Shown here: piece by piece, positions 58,607-64,000 of the stretch
Layout: each line of letters starts with the position of its first letter
Numbering within the stretch: the first letter of the stretch is position 1
Source of the DNA: Bacteroidota bacterium
Lineage (GTDB): Bacteria > Bacteroidota > Bacteroidia > Chitinophagales > Chitinophagaceae
Direction: 5' to 3'
Assembly: GCA_013286835.1 (NCBI GenBank)
Contig: JABDEZ010000001.1
Coordinates: 2,916-66,915, forward strand
Length of the DNA: 64,000 bases
Made by a program: the position numbers and the translations under genes
Notes under the pieces: generated by a model
Databases searched by the model: none
The model's input: only the letters and a program-made list of their open reading frames with translations
Told to the model about the DNA's origin: nothing

Positions 58607-61600
58607 ATGCGCAGATTGCTATCTCTTTTTATTGTCTTATTAGTTGCGGCTGCTCCCCTGCGAGCCTGCAACATTAATATAAGCGCCAATGTAACGTCGA
58701 TCTGCGCAGGAAGCCAGATCACCTTCACGGGAGTCATTACAAATGCTTCAAATGCAACCACATTCCAATGGGAAAAGAATGGCGTTGCAATGACTGGAAC
58801 AGGAAATAGTGGTGGGCTTTCCTCTCCTGGCAATGGCACTTTTACATACACCGCCGGTGGATTCAGCAATGGAGATGTTATTACCTGTTACATAACTGAA
58901 CCAGCTTCGAGTTTCACTACAACGAGTTCCGGAATTACTGTATCAGTAAATAACCAGGCGCCCATCACTTCCAGTTTTAACGGAACCTCTATCTCCTCTG
59001 GAAATGTTATCTGGTTTAATTCTGTAGTTAGTGTGACTGGTTCTCAGAGTTACCCAATGACCATATATTATACGAACCAAACTATATCAAGTTCCGGATT
59101 TTCAATTTCAGCACCGGATGCAGAACTAATTCTGGACAATACATATTCTATAGCTACCACTACGTATAACGGAACAATGTGGGTTACAACTGCCCCTCCC
59201 AATCAATCAGGCAATTACTTTTTAGCAGGTTACGGTTATACCGCGCCATCTACAATATCTGGTTCTCCAAACATTACATGGAATGGTACTTTTCTTTGTT
59301 CACAAGCCGGTGTTACTTTGAACTGGCAATGGGCAGCGGCAGTTTATACATCTTTTAATTCTAATCTCGCGAATCTGGGTGTGAAAGCCTCTTATTGTTC
59401 TTCTTGTTCTGTCTATTCAAATTCTGATCATGCAGGTACACCTGAAAGCTATAAAGCGAGTGTGATAGGCGGAGCACGTGGTGGTGGTGGTTCTAACTAT
59501 ACCGGAAGTTATTCTGGTACTGGTTCTGTAACCACTTGCGGAGCGGTTACACCTTCGGTTATTATTTCCGGTACTTCTTCTATCTGTTCAGGAGCATCGG
59601 TGACTTTTACTGCTACCCCAACCAATGGCGGTTCTTCTCCGGCTTATCAATGGAAAAAGAACGGTAATAATGTAGGCACTAATAGTGCTACTTATACCGA
59701 TGCATCTTTGGCTAATAGTGACGCTATCACATGTGTTTTGACCAGCAGCCTTACTTCTGCAGCCCCTACTACTGCAACCAGCAATACTATTACAGAAACG
59801 GTGAATAGTAATGTTACCCCTTCGGTATCAATAGCAGCAAGTCCAGGTTCATCAATATGCTCAGGTACATCCGTAACATTTACGGCTACCCCAACAAACG
59901 GCGGTACCCCCAGCTATCAATGGAAAAAGAACGGTACTAATGTTGGTACCAACAGTACTACTTATACGGATGCAGCACTTAATAATAATGATGTTATCAC
60001 TTGCGTGATGACCAGTACTGCAGCATGTGCAACAACAAGTACAGCAACCAGCAATGGAGTAACAATGACGGTTACCCCAACTGTAACACCTTCTGTATCC
60101 ATTTCTGGTAATTCGTCAATATGTGCTGGTACATCCGTAACATTTACGGCTACCCCTACAAATGGTGGTACACCAAGCTACCAATGGAAAAAGAATGGCA
60201 CTACCGTAGGCACTAATAGCGCTACATATACAGATGCGGGCTTAACAAATGGCAATACGATCACTTGTGTGATGACAAGCACTGCATCATGTGCCAGTAC
60301 AACTACAGCGACAAGTAATACCATTACTGAAGTTGTAACCAGCAATGTTACGCCATCTGTATCAATAGCCGCTAGTCCTGGGTCATCAATATGTTCAGGC
60401 ACATCAGTAACGTTTACCGCTACGCCAACGAATGGTGGTACACCAAGCTATCAATGGAAGAAGAACGGTACTAATGTTGGAACGAATAGCACTACTTATA
60501 CAGACGCTTCTTTGAACAATAATGATGCGATCACTTGCGTAATGACCAGTACAGCGTCATGTGCAACTACTACAACAGCAATAAGTAATACGATCACTGA
60601 GACTGTAACAAATAATGTCACTCCATCAGTATCCATTTCGAGCAATTCATCTATTTGTGCAGGCACATCGGTAACTTTTACTGCTACACCAACCAACGGA
60701 GGTACTCCAAGCTACCAGTGGAAAAAGAATGGTACAAATGTAGGTACGAACAGTACCACATATACCGATGCCGCTTTAAATAATAATGATACGATCACTT
60801 GTGTGATGACCAGTACTGCAGCTTGTGCAACTACTACAACCGCTACAAGTAACACGATCACGGAGACTGTAACAAATAATGTTACGCCATCTGTATCAAT
60901 AGCCGCTAGTCCTGGATCATCAATATGTTCTGGTACCTCAGTAACGTTTACAGCTACACCAACCAACGGAGGTACACCAAGCTACCAATGGAAAAAGAAC
61001 GGCACAAATGTAGGTACGAACAGCGCTACCTATACCGATGCCGCTTTAAATAATAATGATGCGATCACTTGTGTAATGACGAGCACCGCAAACTGTGTTA
61101 CAACAACAACTGCAACAAGCGGTACTATTACAATGACTGTAACAAATAATGTTACCCCTTCCATATCTATTTCAGGTAATTCATCTATATGTGCAGGTAC
61201 TTCAGTGACTTTTACAGCTACGCCAACCAACGGAGGTACACCAAGCTATCAGTGGAAGAAGAATGGTAGCAATGTAGGAACGAACAGCGCTACTTATACA
61301 GATGCATCTTTAAATAACAATGATGCGATCACTTGTATTATGACTAGTACAGCGTCATGTGCAACTACTACAACAGCAACAAGTAATACGATCACTGAGA
61401 CCGTAACAAATAATGCCACTCCATCAGTATCAATAGCAGCTAACCCCGGTTCTGCAATTTGCGCTGGCACATCAGTAACGTTTACTGCTACCCCAACAAA
61501 CGGTGGTACTCCAAGCTACCAGTGGAAGAAGAACGGCAGCAATGCAGGTACAAACAGCGCTACTTATACAGATGCGAGCCTTAATAATAACGATGTTATT

Positions 61601-64000
61601 ACTTGTGTGATGACCAGCACGGCAACTTGTGCAAGCACTACAACTGCTACGAGCAACGCTGTAACGATGACCATAACGAATAATGTTACTCCTTCTGTTT
61701 CAATTTCAGGTAATTCATCTATATGTGCAGGTGCTTCAGTAACCTTTACTGCTACCCCAACCAACGGCGGTACGCCAAGCTATCAGTGGAAAAAGAACGG
61801 TAGTAATGTAGGCGCTAATGCTGCAACTTATACAGATGCGGGCTTAACAAATGGCAATACGATCACTTGTGTGATAACAAGCACTGCATCATGTGCCAGT
61901 ACAACTACAGCGACAAGTAATACTATTACTGAGACCGTAACAAACAATGTTACCCCATCTGTATCAATAGCTGCAAACCCCGGTTCTGCAATTTGCTCTG
62001 GCACTTCGGTAACATTTACTGCTACACCTACCAACGGCGGTACACCAAGCTACCAATGGAAAAAGAACGGTACTAACGTAGGTACTAATAGTGCTACCTA
62101 CACAGATGTTTCTTTAAACAATAATGATGCGATTATGTGTGTAATGACCAGCACAGCTGCGTGCGCTACAACAACCACAGCTACCAGCAGTACCATTACT
62201 ATGAATATAACTAATGCAGTTACTCCATCAGTATCAATAACGGCTAACCCGGGTAACAATATCTGCTCAGGTTCACCAGTAACATTTACAGCTACCCCAA
62301 CCAACGGCGGTACGCCAAGCTACCAATGGAAGAAGAACGGCACTAATGTAGGTACGAACAGTAATACATATACAGACAATGGTCTTAATAACAATGATGT
62401 GATCACTTGTGTGATGACCAGCACTGCATCGTGTGCCAGCACTACAACCGTTACAAGCAATGCGATCACCATGAATGTGAGCAACACTACTGCTACACAG
62501 CCAGGCAACTTCACGGTATCATCTGGTACAACTTATGATGGCCAGACAGGCGTTGTTTATACTGTGCCTAATATACCAGGCACTACCTATACCTGGAGCT
62601 ACAGTGGTACAGGCGCAACGATAAATGGAACAGGCAACAGTGTTACAGTAGATTTTAGTACTGCAGCTACAAGCGGCACACTAAGTGTAACAGCTACAAC
62701 AGGATCATGCAGCAGCCCATCGGCAGCCCGTACAATACCTGTAACAGTAAAACCCTACCTGACATGGACATGTGGTACAAACAACGACTGGAATACAGCA
62801 AGCAACTGGGATGGTGGTTTTGTACCATATAGCACAATAAGTGTGCTGGTACCTGCAAACACATCTTGCCAGCCCAATATATGCAGTGGTTCAGCTAATG
62901 TGAATAACATGACCGTTAATAATGGCGCTACGGTAAACATATGCTGCCCTAACAGCCTTACAGTAAATGGAGATATGACCATCAATGGTTCAATACTGGG
63001 ATGTGGTGAGGTTATTGTACCAGGCAGTGTATGCCACGTAATATATGGTAACGGGCGTATAGACAATTTTGAACTGAACAACAGTTGTGGTGGCATCATC
63101 AATGCAGGTGATACGCTGCACATAGGGGATACCTATACACCTACTCTTGGTGTAATGACTGTAAATGGTGAGCTGGAACTTTTGTCAGACTCAACAGTAA
63201 CAGCATCGATACTTACTCATCCTGGTGTATGTAATACATACATAGTGGGTGATGTGATCTGCGATAAATTTATACATGGCGGCCGCAGGGCGTTCCGTTT
63301 CCTGGGTCATCCATTCAGCACGTCAATACCGCTAAGCCAACTGGAATACACAGTGGATATAACAGGCCAGGGTGGTGCTGCTAATGGATTTACAACAACA
63401 GTTACCGACAATCCTTCAGCCTTCTGGTACAATACACTTACCGGTAACGGATCTACAGTAGATGACAGCACCGGCTGGATACCATTTACAAGTACCAATG
63501 GTGTTGGTGCTAATGCATGGAATGCATTTGAAGGGATCAGGTTGTTTATGCGTGGCAGCAAAGGTCAGGGACTGGGATGTGGTGTTTGCGTGCCAGATGC
63601 AATAACCATAAAAATGCACAGCACTATTAATGAGTGCGACCAGACAGTAACACTTGGTGTGAACAATAATGTTGGTTTCAATTTTATAGCCAATCCTTAT
63701 CCATCATCAATAGACCTGAGCAAGATAACAACAGGCAGCTCTATAGGTGCTAACTTCAATGTGTGGGATCCTAATCAGGGCCTGGTAGGCGCGTATGTGG
63801 AACAGCCATTTAACATATCATACATCTTACCAGCTTACAGTGCTTTCTTTACCACTTGTAACAGTAATACAGGCAACACCCTTACATTCCACGAAACAGA
63901 TAAAACCGTTGCAGCGCCTACAGGCAATCTGTTCAAGACAACAGGCATGGGTAATGACATAGTACAACTGCGCATACTAAGCAACAACGACTCATTATCG
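58607..64000 (+). CDS. giant secreted repeat (Ig-like) surface protein, 3' end beyond the window; not present in the supplied ORF track
   Basis: From ATG 58607 I translated 58607-60460 (start through the fourth repeat) and 62480-64000 by eye and found no in-frame stop. The window holds exactly 1798 codons of this frame. The six repeat units between 60460 and 62480 were checked through the regular in-frame spacing of the QWKKNG motif rather than codon by codon. The signal peptide is MRRLLSLFIVLLVAAAPLRA. Eleven tandem units fit VTPSVSI..(N/S)..SIC.GTSVTFTATPTNGGTPSYQWKKNGTNVGTNS.TYTD..LNNND.ITCVMTSTA.CATTTTATSN.IT. The C-terminal part continues past 64000. Confidence 0.85.
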   Translation, partial: MRRLLSLFIVLLVAAAPLRACNINISANVTSICAGSQITFTGVITNASNATTFQWEKNGVAMTGTGNSGGLSSPGNGTFTYTAGGFSNGDVITCYITEPASSFTTTSSGITVSVNNQAPITSSFNGTSISSGNVIWFNSVVSVTGSQSYPMTIYYTNQTISSSGFSISAPDAELILDNTYSIATTTYNGTMWVTTAPPNQSGNYFLAGYGYTAPSTISGSPNITWNGTFLCSQAGVTLNWQWAAAVYTSFNSNLANLGVKASYCSSCSVYSNSDHAGTPESYKASVIGGARGGGGSNYTGSYSGTGSVTTCGAVTPSVIISGTSSICSGASVTFTATPTNGGSSPAYQWKKNGNNVGTNSATYTDASLANSDAITCVLTSSLTSAAPTTATSNTITETVNSNVTPSVSIAASPGSSICSGTSVTFTATPTNGGTPSYQWKKNGTNVGTNSTTYTDAALNNNDVITCVMTSTAACATTSTATSNGVTMTVTPTVTPSVSISGNSSICAGTSVTFTATPTNGGTPSYQWKKNGTTVGTNSATYTDAGLTNGNTITCVMTSTASCASTTTATSNTITEVVTSNVTPSVSIAASPGSSICSGTSVTFTATPTNGGTPSYQWKKNGTNVGTNSTTYTDASLNNNDAITCVMTSTASCATTTTAISNTITETVTNNVTPSVSISSNSSICAGTSVTFTATPTNGGTPSYQWKKNGTNVGTNSTTYTDAALNNNDTITCVMTSTAACATTTTATSNTITETVTNNVTPSVSIAASPGSSICSGTSVTFTATPTNGGTPSYQWKKNGTNVGTNSATYTDAALNNNDAITCVMTSTANCVTTTTATSGTITMTVTNNVTPSISISGNSSICAGTSVTFTATPTNGGTPSYQWKKNGSNVGTNSATYTDASLNNNDAITCIMTSTASCATTTTATSNTITETVTNNATPSVSIAANPGSAICAGTSVTFTATPTNGGTPSYQWKKNGSNAGTNSATYTDASLNNNDVITCVMTSTATCASTTTATSNAVTMTITNNVTPSVSISGNSSICAGASVTFTATPTNGGTPSYQWKKNGSNVGANAATYTDAGLTNGNTITCVITSTASCASTTTATSNTITETVTNNVTPSVSIAANPGSAICSGTSVTFTATPTNGGTPSYQWKKNGTNVGTNSATYTDVSLNNNDAIMCVMTSTAACATTTTATSSTITMNITNAVTPSVSITANPGNNICSGSPVTFTATPTNGGTPSYQWKKNGTNVGTNSNTYTDNGLNNNDVITCVMTSTASCASTTTVTSNAITMNVSNTTATQPGNFTVSSGTTYDGQTGVVYTVPNIPGTTYTWSYSGTGATINGTGNSVTVDFSTAATSGTLSVTATTGSCSSPSAARTIPVTVKPYLTWTCGTNNDWNTASNWDGGFVPYSTISVLVPANTSCQPNICSGSANVNNMTVNNGATVNICCPNSLTVNGDMTINGSILGCGEVIVPGSVCHVIYGNGRIDNFELNNSCGGIINAGDTLHIGDTYTPTLGVMTVNGELELLSDSTVTASILTHPGVCNTYIVGDVICDKFIHGGRRAFRFLGHPFSTSIPLSQLEYTVDITGQGGAANGFTTTVTDNPSAFWYNTLTGNGSTVDDSTGWIPFTSTNGVGANAWNAFEGIRLFMRGSKGQGLGCGVCVPDAITIKMHSTINECDQTVTLGVNNNVGFNFIANPYPSSIDLSKITTGSSIGANFNVWDPNQGLVGAYVEQPFNISYILPAYSAFFTTCNSNTGNTLTFHETDKTVAAPTGNLFKTTGMGNDIVQLRILSNNDSLS
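59546..62485 (+). repeat. 11 tandem coding repeats of 264/270 bp arranged as a 534-bp two-unit super-repeat
   Basis: The QW(K/E)KNG codon block starts at 59648, 59918, 60182, 60452, 60716, 60986, 61250, 61520, 61784, 62054 and 62324. The spacings are 270, 264, 270, 264, 270, 264, 270, 264, 270, 270. Confidence 0.9.

Noticed and set aside
59546-62485. A regular tandem repeat array that might be mistaken for a CRISPR or satellite locus.
   Set aside because: The period is 264-270 bp, not 28-37 bp repeats with unique spacers. The whole array lies in one continuous reading frame encoding Ig-like domains.
60178-62514. Eight minus-strand ORFs of 64-84 aa (MVGVAVNVTEVPEHID...LLVAVVVVAH...) that look like a family of small membrane proteins.
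   Set aside because: They are the antisense frame of the tandem repeats of the plus-strand giant ORF (58607 to beyond 64000). Their mutual similarity simply reflects the repeat. The sense frame is much longer: I saw no stop in the parts I translated, and the remaining repeats keep in-frame periodicity to the window end.

Overview
This 64-kb chromosomal window is most consistent with a Bacteroidota genome (Chitinophagaceae/Sphingobacteriia-like). That placement is an inference from two proteins ending in T9SS-type C-terminal sorting domains, TAnnTTTG-type -7 boxes and the overall gene content. I support 32 protein-coding genes. I saw no rRNA, tRNA or CRISPR array.

Gene order, left to right:
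- 5'-truncated cyclic beta-1,2-glucan synthase-like giant enzyme (open to nt 1)
- a visibly AT-rich trio of tandem secreted DUF3857/transglutaminase-like paralogs
- MscK-like mechanosensitive channel
- DUF983 protein, AraC regulator and aspartate ammonia-lyase (minus strand)
- extradiol dioxygenase, PA2169-like protein and FAD monooxygenase
- M43 metalloprotease with T9SS CTD, dienelactone hydrolase, lipoprotein with a Gly/Met tail, CocE/NonD hydrolase and ClC channel
- a 2393-aa T9SS cargo protein (6 NHL blades, 12 PKD-like repeats, 8 Ig-like repeats)
- mgsA, amt, ppc, DUF1684, gpsA, an orphan efflux adaptor and metG
- an IS200-like/RAYT gene embedded in palindromic repeat modules
- a 516-aa helical orphan protein
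- leuA(short)-leuC-leuD-leuB plus a class I aminotransferase
- a second giant secreted repeat protein (58607 to beyond 64000) that is missing from the supplied ORF track because it has no stop in the window

Most interesting observations:
1. Ten strictly phased 22-bp repeats, each carrying (G)GTTAA, lie directly upstream of the second giant gene.
2. That gene holds 11 near-identical tandem repeats with an alternating 270/264-bp (534-bp) super-period and apparent gene-conversion tracts.
3. A REPtron-like locus has CTACA-loop hairpins that show compensatory stem changes.
4. In the transglutaminase-like trio, two members have lost the catalytic Cys and His and the third keeps them.

Nothing here was searched against databases. 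All family calls rest on motifs read by eye.
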